Shown in pieces: positions 1-8,193 of a stretch of 62,212 bases of DNA. Numbering within the stretch: the stretch's first letter is position 1; every line of letters begins with the position of its first letter. This stretch comes from Acidiferrobacterales bacterium (GTDB lineage: Bacteria > Pseudomonadota > Gammaproteobacteria > Acidiferrobacterales > Sulfurifustaceae), in assembly GCA_919902925.1 (NCBI GenBank), contig CAKKRZ010000068.1:3267-65478 (forward strand), in the 5' to 3' direction. The position numbers were made by a program, and so were the translations under genes. The notes below the pieces were generated by a model. The model did no database searches and was not told the origin of the DNA. It was given only the letters and a program-made list of their open reading frames with translations.

Positions 1-280
1 ATATGTAGCCCTACTCGCTTTGCTCGTTCGTCTTGCTGTAAGAATCCGTAGCCCTGCTCGCTTTGCTCGTTCGTCTTGCTGTAAGAATCCGTAGCCCTAC
101 TCGCTTCGCCGATGGGATCGAGGCGAGGGCCGCGGGACAAGGATGTCCCGTCTGCGGCTTCGCTCGTCGCCGATTGGATCGAGGCGAGGGCCGCAGGCCG
201 AAACGGAAGCCCTGCTCCCTTCGGTCGTTCGTCCTGCCGTAGTACGAGGCCTGGTTGCGGCTTTCGTCTTATCATAAGAA
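1..280. repeat. Cluster of short repeats: 43-bp tandem unit (heads at 5, 48, 91) followed by two GCCGATnGGATCGAGGCGAGGGCCGC modules (about 108 and 169) and an AGCCCTGCTC..TCGTCCTGCCGT unit (about 209-240)
   Basis: Direct reading: GTAGCCCT(A/G)CTCGCTTTGCTCGTTCGTCTTGCTGTAAGAATCC repeated head-to-tail. Related units recur in reverse orientation at 28992-29278 and in forward orientation at 43838-43897 and 44871-44993. Confidence 0.85.
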
Positions 281-1567
281 CTAAGCCTCGGTTCCGGCGA
301 CGCGGTTGACCACTTGGATGGCGCGCAGCGCCGCGGCGGTGGCGCTCTGCACGGCGCGGTTGACGTCGAGCGCGTTGGACGCGCTGCCGGCGCCGAACAC
401 ACCGCCTTCGGTGGCATTGATATCGATAAATCCACTGTTGTCGGACACCACGCCGGCACCGATGGTACCGGCGTTGACCGACGGTTCCATGCCGATCGCC
501 AGCACCACGAGGTCGTGCGCATTGGCGTAACGCTTGTAGCCTTCGGTGTCGACACCGTGCAGCACCGGGTTGCCGGTGGCCTGGTCTTCGACGATCGAGG
601 CGACCTTGGACTTGATGAACTTCACTTTCGAGTCCGCACGAACCTTCTGGTAGAAATCCTCGAGACGGTCGATGGCGCGGATGTCGATATAGTAGATCGA
701 CACCTCGCCGTCGTCGGCAAACTTCTCGCGCACGTAGGTGGACTGCTTGAGCGACGCCATGCAGCAGATGCGCGAGCAATGAGAAAGATGATTGCGGTCG
801 CGCGATCCGGCGCACTGGATGAAGGCCACGTTCTTGGCCTCCTTGCCGTCACCCGGGCGCACCAGCTTGCCGCCGGTGGGACCGAACGGGTCCATCATGC
901 GTTCGAACTCGACACTGGTGATGACGTTGTCGTAGCGGTCGTACCCGTACGGCTGGATCTTGTTGGCATCGTACGGCTTCCAGCCGGTCGCCCATACCAC
1001 GGCGCCGACCTTGATGGTGATCTGTTCTTCCTTCATGCCGAGGTCGATGGCGTTGTACTTGCACGCCGCCTTGGCCTTGTCGGCCTCGGGTGTGCCGATG
1101 ATCGAGGGATCGAGCACGTAGCGCTGCGGGTAGGCCATGGCGTTGGGCAGGTAGGCGGCCTTGATCTTGCTCAGGTTGTAGTTGTGGGCGTCGTCGATCT
1201 CGGCGCTGACCGCGTCGGCGCAGGCGCCGCAGGCCGTGCAGTTTTCGTTCACGTAGCGCGGCTTGATCTTGAGCGTCACGCTGTAGTCGCCGGGCTTGCC
1301 CTCGATCTTCGTCACCTCGGTCAGGGTCAGCACGCGCAGGCGCGGCTGGGCCTTGAGGCGCTTGAGATTGATCTCCATGCCGCAGGTGGGATGGCAGAGC
1401 TTGGGAAAATACTTGTAGAGCTGCGATACACGTCCGCCGAGCGCGGGTTGTTTTTCGACCAGCACCACGTCCTTGCCGCATTCCGCGGCCTCGATGGCCG
1501 CGGTCATGCCGCTGATGCCACCGCCGACGACGAGTATGGTCTGATTGGTTGCGACGACTTGCGTCAT
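281..1567 (-). CDS. HdrA/QmoA-like FAD-dependent oxidoreductase (heterodisulfide reductase subunit A family flavoprotein)
   Basis: 428-aa ORF. Has the dinucleotide fold VVGGGISGMTAA, YFPKLCHPTCGMEINLKR and CTACGACADA Cys motifs typical of HdrA/QmoA flavoproteins, and GGAGG 7 nt upstream of the ATG. Confidence 0.75.
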   Translation of the reverse strand: MTQVVATNQTILVVGGGISGMTAAIEAAECGKDVVLVEKQPALGGRVSQLYKYFPKLCHPTCGMEINLKRLKAQPRLRVLTLTEVTKIEGKPGDYSVTLKIKPRYVNENCTACGACADAVSAEIDDAHNYNLSKIKAAYLPNAMAYPQRYVLDPSIIGTPEADKAKAACKYNAIDLGMKEEQITIKVGAVVWATGWKPYDANKIQPYGYDRYDNVITSVEFERMMDPFGPTGGKLVRPGDGKEAKNVAFIQCAGSRDRNHLSHCSRICCMASLKQSTYVREKFADDGEVSIYYIDIRAIDRLEDFYQKVRADSKVKFIKSKVASIVEDQATGNPVLHGVDTEGYKRYANAHDLVVLAIGMEPSVNAGTIGAGVVSDNSGFIDINATEGGVFGAGSASNALDVNRAVQSATAAALRAIQVVNRVAGTEA

Positions 1568-1897
1568 GTAATACCTCCGCCCCTGGTGTGCGATTCAGCC
1601 GGTCGGCCAGGCCCCCGGAAAAGACGGCAACGATACCCCGCCTCGCCGTCGCCGGCCACTGCCCAACCGCCCGCAAAACATTGAACTTTCCGATGCGCGG
1701 ATTGACTGCCTCTATATATAAGGACAGCGAAGCCGCGTAAGGGGCGGCCATTTTCGGGAAGGCGGGTCGGAGCGTCAAGCGAAACGATGCTGCACTTCGG
1801 GGCAACGCGGAGACCGCGCCGGCAATGGCATACTGAATTACTCAGGGTTTTCTGCCATTATTCGGGTGACGATTCCCTGCATACCATTACAGCCGAC

Positions 1898-2758
1898 ATG
1901 ACTATTCACCGCCCGGACAACGCCAGCGCCCGCCACCCGGCCGGCGGCGCGCGGGACCGGCTGCCGGTGGATGAATACCTTATAAAGGTGGAGCCTTTCT
2001 ATGCGCCGCAAGGTCGCGAGATCGAGCTCTTCGAGGCCGCCTGGCGCAACCGTCTGCCGGTGCTGCTCAAGGGGCCGACCGGCTGCGGCAAAACCCGCTT
2101 CATGGAACTGATGGCGTGGCGGCTGAAGCGCCCGCTGATCACCGTCTCCTGCCACGACGATCTCACCGCCGCCGATCTCGTCGGCCGTTACCTGATCCTG
2201 GGCGGCGAAACGGTGTGGGTCGACGGCCCCATGACCCGGGCGGTGCGCGCCGGCGCCATCCTCTACCTCGACGAAGTGGTCGAGGCGCGCAAGGACACGA
2301 CCGTGGTCATTCACCCACTGGCCGATGACCGGCGCGTGCTGCCCATGGAAAAAACCGGCGAGCTGCTGTCCGCGCCGCCGGAATTCTGTCTCGCCATCTC
2401 CTACAACCCGGGTTACCAGAGCGTGCTCAAGGATCTCAAGCAGAGCACGCGCCAGCGTTTCATCGCCCTCGAGTTCAACTACCCGCCGGCCGCGCTCGAA
2501 CAGGAGATCGTCGCGCGCGAAACCGGTATCGACGCCGCCACCGCCGCGAAGCTGGTGAAGTTCGCCGGCATGACCCGCAACCTCAAGGGCAACGGTCTCG
2601 ACGAAGGCGCCAGTACGCGCCTGCTGGTGCACGCCGGCAAGCTGATCAAAGCCGGCATCCCGGAACGCGACGCCTGCCGCGGCGCCATCGCCGAGGCGCT
2701 GACCGACGACGCCGAAATGCTGGCCGCCATCGGTGAGCTGGGCAGCTCGCTGTTCTGA
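1898..2758 (+). CDS. CbbQ/NirQ/NorQ-family MoxR-type AAA+ ATPase
   Basis: Walker A GPTGCGKT, Walker B ILYLDEV, and about 286 aa from the internal ATG at 1898. The ORF-track start at 1787 adds an implausible leader. No CbbO/NorD-type partner follows. Confidence 0.8.
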   Translation: MTIHRPDNASARHPAGGARDRLPVDEYLIKVEPFYAPQGREIELFEAAWRNRLPVLLKGPTGCGKTRFMELMAWRLKRPLITVSCHDDLTAADLVGRYLILGGETVWVDGPMTRAVRAGAILYLDEVVEARKDTTVVIHPLADDRRVLPMEKTGELLSAPPEFCLAISYNPGYQSVLKDLKQSTRQRFIALEFNYPPAALEQEIVARETGIDAATAAKLVKFAGMTRNLKGNGLDEGASTRLLVHAGKLIKAGIPERDACRGAIAEALTDDAEMLAAIGELGSSLF

Positions 2759-2961
2759 ATCACTCGCGGCCAGCTGCGCCTGCCCGAAACGGGATCCATC
2801 GCCCAACCCCGCGGCCGGCTGGAAAACCATACTATTCGTGTATATTGTTATCCGGATGTGCCGGGCCCGGGAGATCGCGCGGGGCCGCACTCATCCGTCA
2901 ATACTGTAGTTAAGGAAAGCCGGATCAAACAAGGACGATTCCTGCTGGGGAGAGCAGATAG

Positions 2962-5361
2962 ATGCCACGTCGTTTGACCAAGGCCCGCCGCCCGGCAAAA
3001 GACCAGCCGGGGGCGGTCAGGAAAAAACCGGGAAAACCCGGGGTCGCCGGCAGCGCGGCGCGGACCCGGCCGGCCAGGCCGTCGGCCAGCACCCCGCCCG
3101 CCAACGGGACGGCCACCCTCGTCCGCCTGGAGACGGCCCATCCCGAGCTGACGAATATCGAACAGGTGGCGCGCACCACCAACCACGCCTTCAACCAGTA
3201 CCTCAAGATCACGCGCCGCGACCGCAACCTGCTGCGACGCCACGAAAAGCACCTGCGCGAGGGCGCCAAACACTTCGCCGAGACCTTCTACGAATACCTG
3301 TTCGAGCACCCGGCCACCGCCCAGGTGCTGCACGACTACAAGCAGCAGGGTGGAAAGATCGAGCGGCTGATCAAGATGCAGACCGGCCACCTCTACGATC
3401 TGCTCAAGGCCGAGACCGACGAGGCCAACGCCATCCGCATGGCCCACATCGGCGAGATTCACTACCGTTACCAGATCGCCCCGGTGTGGATCATGGGCGC
3501 CTACCGCCTCTATCACGATCACCTTACTGCCCTGATCCAGGAGAGCGACGGTATTACCCGCCGCGATCGCGGGCCGCTGGAGGACGCAGTCACCAAACTG
3601 CTGTTCCGCGACATGGGGCTGATGCTGGAAGGCTACTGGCTGTCGGCCGGCCGGCAGATCGCCACGGAACACAACCAGGTCACGGCGCTGAAGGACCAGA
3701 TCACCAGCCTGCTGGCCAACCTGCCGCAGCTCATCTGGTCGGTCGACGTGGTGAACAACAAACCGCTTTATGTCAGTCCGATCACCCGGGCGATCTGCGA
3801 CATGGACATCGAACTGCCGATCCCCTGTCTCGGCTGGACGGTACCGGAAGAACGCCAGCGGGTGGAGCTGGCCTGGCAACAGGCGCTGGCCGGCGAGAAG
3901 GCCGAGATCGAAACCCATGTGCAGCAACCCGGCGGGCCGCTGCGCTGGTTCCGCCGGGTGTTCTATCCCTACCGCAATGAGCGCGGGCGGGTGGTGCGCA
4001 TCGACGGTTTCATGGAAGACATCAGCGAGGCCAAGGCCATGACCGAGCGCCTGGCCACGCTCGCCACCACCGACAACCTGACCAGCCTCCCCAACCGCAC
4101 CCTGTTCCACGATCGCCTGACCCAGGCCATCGCCGCCGCGCAACGAGAGGCCGACCGCCACATTGTGGTGATGCTCATGGACCTCGACCATTTCAAGGAA
4201 ATCAACGACACCCTCGGGCACCAGGCCGGCGACCAGATCCTGATCGAGGTGGCCAAACGGCTGGCCGGGGCGCTGCGCGACGGCGATACGCTGACCCGCC
4301 TGGGCGGGGATGAATTCGGCGTGCTGCTGCCGCAGGTGACGGACCCGCGCCGTACCGGCGAGCGGGTGGCGCGCAAGCTGCTGCAAACGCTGTCGGCCCC
4401 GTTCCAGTACCAGGAAAACGAGCTTTACCTCAACGCCAGCGTCGGCATCGTCAGCTTCCCCGAGCACGGCGAGGACATGGATACACTCCTCAGCCACGCC
4501 GACGTGGCCATGTACACCTGCAAGAACCGCGATGCCCGTTTCGCCCACTACGATCCGGGGATCGACCCGAACGCCCCGCAACGCCTGCAGTTGTCCGGCG
4601 ACCTGCGTCATGCCCTGGATCGCCGTGAATTTGTACTCCATTACCAGCCCAAGATCGATATCAAGACCCGCCGGCTGGTGGGCGCCGAGGCCCTGATCCG
4701 CTGGAACCATCCCACGCGCGGCCTGCTTCCGCCCGACCAGTTCATCCCGCTGGCCGAACGCTCCGGCGTCATCAAACCGATGACCGACTGGGTCATCGAC
4801 AAGGCGCTCGCGCAGTGCCGCGCCTGGCGCAAGTCGGGCCTGCCCATGCAGATGGCCATCAACCTGTCCGGCCGGGTGTTCCAGGACCCGCGTTTCGCCG
4901 GCCGCGTCACGGCGGCCCTGGCGGCCAACGGACTGCGGCCCAATTGTCTGGAAGTGGAGATCACCGAAAACATATTGATGACTGACATCGAACATGTCTC
5001 GGCCACCCTCAAGGTCCTGCACGACCTCGGGGCGCTGGTCTCGATCGACGATTTCGGCACCGGTTACTCGTCGCTCGCCTACCTGAAGCAGTTACCGCTC
5101 AATACCCTCAAGATCGACAAGACCTTCGTGCTCGACATGGTCAAGGATGAAAACGACGCGCTCATCGTGCGCGCCATCATCGATCTCGCCCACAACCTCG
5201 GGCGGGACGTGATCGCCGAGGGCATCGAGAACGAGGAGACCTGGAACCTGCTGGAGATGCTCGGTTGCGACCGCGCCCAGGGCTTCCACATCGCCCGCCC
5301 GATGCCGGCCGCGGAGTTCCTGGCCTGGGCCCGGCAAAGTCCCTGGACCGACCTCACCTGA
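2962..5361 (+). CDS. Globin-coupled sensor with PAS, GGDEF and EAL domains (c-di-GMP turnover protein)
   Basis: 799 aa. Contains a globin-sensor-like segment (AKHFAETFYEYLFEHP...IHYRYQIAPVWIMGAY), RLGGDEFGVLL (GGDEF), and EALIRW, DDFGTGYSSL and EGIENEE (EAL). The N-terminal 50 aa are Lys/Arg/Pro-rich. Confidence 0.85.
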   Translation: MPRRLTKARRPAKDQPGAVRKKPGKPGVAGSAARTRPARPSASTPPANGTATLVRLETAHPELTNIEQVARTTNHAFNQYLKITRRDRNLLRRHEKHLREGAKHFAETFYEYLFEHPATAQVLHDYKQQGGKIERLIKMQTGHLYDLLKAETDEANAIRMAHIGEIHYRYQIAPVWIMGAYRLYHDHLTALIQESDGITRRDRGPLEDAVTKLLFRDMGLMLEGYWLSAGRQIATEHNQVTALKDQITSLLANLPQLIWSVDVVNNKPLYVSPITRAICDMDIELPIPCLGWTVPEERQRVELAWQQALAGEKAEIETHVQQPGGPLRWFRRVFYPYRNERGRVVRIDGFMEDISEAKAMTERLATLATTDNLTSLPNRTLFHDRLTQAIAAAQREADRHIVVMLMDLDHFKEINDTLGHQAGDQILIEVAKRLAGALRDGDTLTRLGGDEFGVLLPQVTDPRRTGERVARKLLQTLSAPFQYQENELYLNASVGIVSFPEHGEDMDTLLSHADVAMYTCKNRDARFAHYDPGIDPNAPQRLQLSGDLRHALDRREFVLHYQPKIDIKTRRLVGAEALIRWNHPTRGLLPPDQFIPLAERSGVIKPMTDWVIDKALAQCRAWRKSGLPMQMAINLSGRVFQDPRFAGRVTAALAANGLRPNCLEVEITENILMTDIEHVSATLKVLHDLGALVSIDDFGTGYSSLAYLKQLPLNTLKIDKTFVLDMVKDENDALIVRAIIDLAHNLGRDVIAEGIENEETWNLLEMLGCDRAQGFHIARPMPAAEFLAWARQSPWTDLT

Positions 5362-5454
5362 CCCCCGCTCTGCCACGGTAACAACGGCCTTTCACCGGTC
5401 GGCCATTCTTTGCCACAATGCGGTCGCGTCCATGATTCTCGTCAAGGAATTCCC

Positions 5455-6387
5455 ATGTCAGCCCTGATTTGCGGTTCGTTCGCTTATGACACCATCATGG
5501 TGTTCCAGGATGAGTTCAAGAACCACATCCTGCCGGACAAGGTTCATATCCTGAATGTCTCCTTCCAGGTCCCGGAGATGCGCCGCGAGTTCGGCGGCTG
5601 CGCCGGCAACATCGCCTACAACCTGAAGCTGCTGGGCATCGACCCGTGGCCGCTCGGCACGGTCGGCCGCGACTTCGGCCCCTACGCCGAGTGGCTGGAC
5701 CGCTGCGCCATCGACCGCCGCTTCATCAAGACCATCGGCGAGGCCTATACCGCCCAGGCGTTCATCACCACCGATCTGGCCGACAACCAGATCACCGCGT
5801 TTCATCCCGGCGCCATGAACTATTCGCATCAGGCCGGAATGGACGGCGCCGATAACGTCAAGATCGGCATGGTTTCGCCGGACGGGCGCGAGGGCATGAT
5901 CAGCCACGCGGCCGAATTCGTGCAGCGTGGCATTCCATTTGTCTTCGATCCCGGTCAGGGCCTGATCCTGTTCAACGGCGAGGAGCTGTCGCGCTTCATT
6001 GACCAGGCCGACTGGGTAACGGTCAATGACTACGAGGCGCAGTTGCTGCAGGAACGCACCGGGAAAAGTCTGGAACAGCTGGCGAAGCGCGTGCGGGCGC
6101 TGATCGTGACGCTGGGCGCCGATGGCTCGCGCATTTACACGGACGGACGCGTCATCGACATCCCGACTGCCCAGGCACGTGCCGTCAAGGACCCGACCGG
6201 CTGCGGCGACGCCTTTCGTGCCGGCCTGCTGTATGGCCTGATCCGCGGGCTCGACTGGGAAACCACCGGCCGCGTCGCCTCGCTGATGGGTTCGCTCAAG
6301 ATCGAACAGTACGGCACCCAGAACCACCGCTTCACCGCGGACGAGTTCCGGGCGCGCTTTCACGCCGCCTTCGGTCGCCACCTCTGA
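5455..6387 (+). CDS. PfkB-family carbohydrate/nucleoside kinase (adenosine-kinase-like)
   Basis: MSALICGSFAYDTIM... N-terminus, GGCAGNIAYNL and DPTGCGDAFRAG motifs of the ribokinase/PfkB family. ATG at 5455 is preceded by AAGGAA. Confidence 0.8.
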   Translation: MSALICGSFAYDTIMVFQDEFKNHILPDKVHILNVSFQVPEMRREFGGCAGNIAYNLKLLGIDPWPLGTVGRDFGPYAEWLDRCAIDRRFIKTIGEAYTAQAFITTDLADNQITAFHPGAMNYSHQAGMDGADNVKIGMVSPDGREGMISHAAEFVQRGIPFVFDPGQGLILFNGEELSRFIDQADWVTVNDYEAQLLQERTGKSLEQLAKRVRALIVTLGADGSRIYTDGRVIDIPTAQARAVKDPTGCGDAFRAGLLYGLIRGLDWETTGRVASLMGSLKIEQYGTQNHRFTADEFRARFHAAFGRHL

Positions 6388-6436
6388 TCCAATCGCAGTC
6401 CGGCGGCGCTCGTGCCAGAATGGGCGCGAGGTCGCC

Positions 6437-8041
6437 ATGCCATCGCCGCCGGCACTGATCCAGGCCCTGCTCGACCCGCGCCGCTATCCACACGCGGCCG
6501 CGCCGATCGATCTGGTCGAGACGCACATCTCCTGGGTGCTGCTGACCGGCGAATACGCCTACAAGATCAAGAAACCGGTCGATCTCGGGTTTCTCGACTT
6601 CTCCACGCTCGAGCAGCGGCACCACTTCTGCGAGGAAGAACTGCGCCTCAATCGCCGGCTGGCGCCGCCGCTCTATCTCGGCCTCGTGCCGATCACCGGC
6701 ACACCGGACGATCCGCGCCTGGACGGGTTGGGGCCGGCCATCGAGTACGCGCTGCGCATGCGTCAGTTCGACCGCGAGCAGCAGCTCGACCGCCTGCTCG
6801 CCCGCGGCCAACTCACGGCCGCCCACATCGACGATCTGGCGGCGACACTAGCCGACTTTCACGCGCGCACCGCCGTGGCCGGCGTCGACAGCCCATACGG
6901 GGACCCGGACCATGTCTGGCAACCGGTGGCGGAGAACTTCGCCCAGATCGCCGGGCGCCTTGGCACGGAGCCGCCGGACAGGCTGGTGGCCCTGCGGCAG
7001 TGGAGCGAGGCAAGCTTTGCACAACAACGGGCGCGCATCGCCGCCCGCCGGCGCGACGGTTTCGTGCGCGAATGCCACGGCGACGCCCATCTCGCCAACA
7101 TGGTTCTGTGGGACGGGCGGGTAGTGCCGTTCGATTGCCTGGAATTCAATCCATCGCTGCGCTGGATCGACGTGATCAGCGAGATTGCGTTTACGGTCAT
7201 GGACCTTGGTGATCGCGGCCATCCCGATCTTGGCTGGCGCCTGCTCAATGCCTGGCTCGAGCACAGCGGTGACTATGCGGGCGTTGCCCTGCTGCGCTTC
7301 TACCTGACTTACCGCGCCATGGTGCGCGCCAAGGTCGCCATCATCCGGCAGCACCAGGCCGCTCCGGCCACGGCGGCGTTCGAGGCTGCCCGCGAAGAAT
7401 ACGAAGGCTATCTGCATCACGCCGAGCGCTACACCCGGCCGCCGCCGGCGGCGCTGCTGATCACCCACGGCTTGTCCGGTGCCGGCAAGACCACGGTCTC
7501 GCAACAGGTGATCGAGACACTCGGCGCCATCCGCGTGCGCAGCGATGTCGAGCGCAAACGGCTGCACGGACTCGCGGCCACGGCGCGCAGCCGCTCGCCG
7601 ATTGCCGGCGGGCTCTACGGCCGCGAGGCCGGAGACCGGACGTACGAGCGGTTGGCCGCCCTCGCCGGCGAACTGCTCGACGCCGGTGAGACCGTGGTCG
7701 TCGACGCCGCCTTTCTCGAGCGCGCGCGCCGCGAGCGCTTTCGTGCGCTCGCCCAGGCGCGGCACGTTCCGTTCCTGATTCTCGATCTGGTTGCCGACCA
7801 ATCCCGGCTGCGGGCGCGGATCGCGCAACGGATACACACCGGCGGCGACGCCTCCGAGGCCGGGACTGAAGTGCTCACCCACCAGATTGCGACACACGAA
7901 CCGTTGAACCGCGACGAAACGGCAGCGACCCTGACCGTCGACACAGCTGAGCCGTTGTCGGCGGCCGAACTTACCAGCCGGATTCGTCGTCGGCTGGCGC
8001 AGCGCCCGGGTGTGGAGCCGGGTGATGTTCCACGTCAGTAA
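6437..8041 (+). CDS. Bifunctional aminoglycoside-phosphotransferase-like / P-loop kinase-like ATP-binding protein
   Basis: 534 aa. N-terminal half is APH-like (ETHISWVLLTGEYAYKIKKPV, HGDAHLANM). C-terminal half has the P-loop GLSGAGKTT. Confidence 0.7.
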   Translation: MPSPPALIQALLDPRRYPHAAAPIDLVETHISWVLLTGEYAYKIKKPVDLGFLDFSTLEQRHHFCEEELRLNRRLAPPLYLGLVPITGTPDDPRLDGLGPAIEYALRMRQFDREQQLDRLLARGQLTAAHIDDLAATLADFHARTAVAGVDSPYGDPDHVWQPVAENFAQIAGRLGTEPPDRLVALRQWSEASFAQQRARIAARRRDGFVRECHGDAHLANMVLWDGRVVPFDCLEFNPSLRWIDVISEIAFTVMDLGDRGHPDLGWRLLNAWLEHSGDYAGVALLRFYLTYRAMVRAKVAIIRQHQAAPATAAFEAAREEYEGYLHHAERYTRPPPAALLITHGLSGAGKTTVSQQVIETLGAIRVRSDVERKRLHGLAATARSRSPIAGGLYGREAGDRTYERLAALAGELLDAGETVVVDAAFLERARRERFRALAQARHVPFLILDLVADQSRLRARIAQRIHTGGDASEAGTEVLTHQIATHEPLNRDETAATLTVDTAEPLSAAELTSRIRRRLAQRPGVEPGDVPRQ

Positions 8042-8059
8042 TGGGTACATTAAATATTC

Positions 8060-8088
8060 TTGACACCCCAATCTGTCGGGTCTAATCT
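8060..8088 (+). promoter_or_regulatory. Sigma70-type promoter of nrdJ (TTGACA-17 nt-TAATCT)
   Basis: TTGACA at 8060-8065 and TAATCT at 8083-8088 with a 17-nt spacer, in an AT-rich gap upstream of nrdJ. Confidence 0.55.
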
Positions 8089-8097
8089 TTGCGCTGA

Positions 8098-8113
8098 CCA
8101 CAATATGTTGTGT
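8098..8113 (+). promoter_or_regulatory. NrdR box (repressor operator) overlapping the predicted transcription start
   Basis: CCACAATATGTTGTGT resembles the palindromic NrdR-box consensus acaCwAtATaTwGtgt. A weaker candidate, CACAAATAACAACAG, lies at about 8152-8166. Confidence 0.6.
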
Positions 8114-8193
8114 TTTTGGTCAGAATTACCGGTACGCCCGGCCACCACCAGCCACAAATAACAACAGCCGTATATTAGGAGAGATCGAGAATT

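Noticed and set aside
5-133. Possible CRISPR array (regularly spaced 43-bp repeats)
   Set aside because: The units abut directly with no unique spacers. The same modules occur dispersed in both orientations elsewhere, including inside a gene. No cas genes are present.
97-555. 152-aa minus-strand ORF and other ORFs across the left repeat cluster
   Set aside because: The translation is repeat-derived low-complexity sequence (R/S/P/T-rich). It also overlaps the 3' end of the well-supported HdrA/QmoA-like gene.
314-1805. Long ORFs (314-1684 plus strand; 849-1805 minus strand) overlapping the HdrA-like gene
   Set aside because: These are typical high-GC shadow frames rich in G, R, A and D/H, with no motifs. 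The same reasoning applies to 1838-2890, 2848-5022, 5458-6438, 6848-8101, 8050-9717, 15026-16387, 16330-17289, 17557-18393, 18495-19718, 25718-27106, 27885-28772, 31202-32308, 32448-33806, 33520-34872, 37283-38602, 37429-38901, 39536-40867, 41731-42699, 42835-43752, 51028-52560, 53028-53942, 55120-56874 and 56950-57966.
8041-8193. Cobalamin riboswitch upstream of the B12-dependent nrdJ
   Set aside because: The leader is only about 100 nt and shows no B12-box or conserved riboswitch helices. An NrdR operator explains the regulation better.
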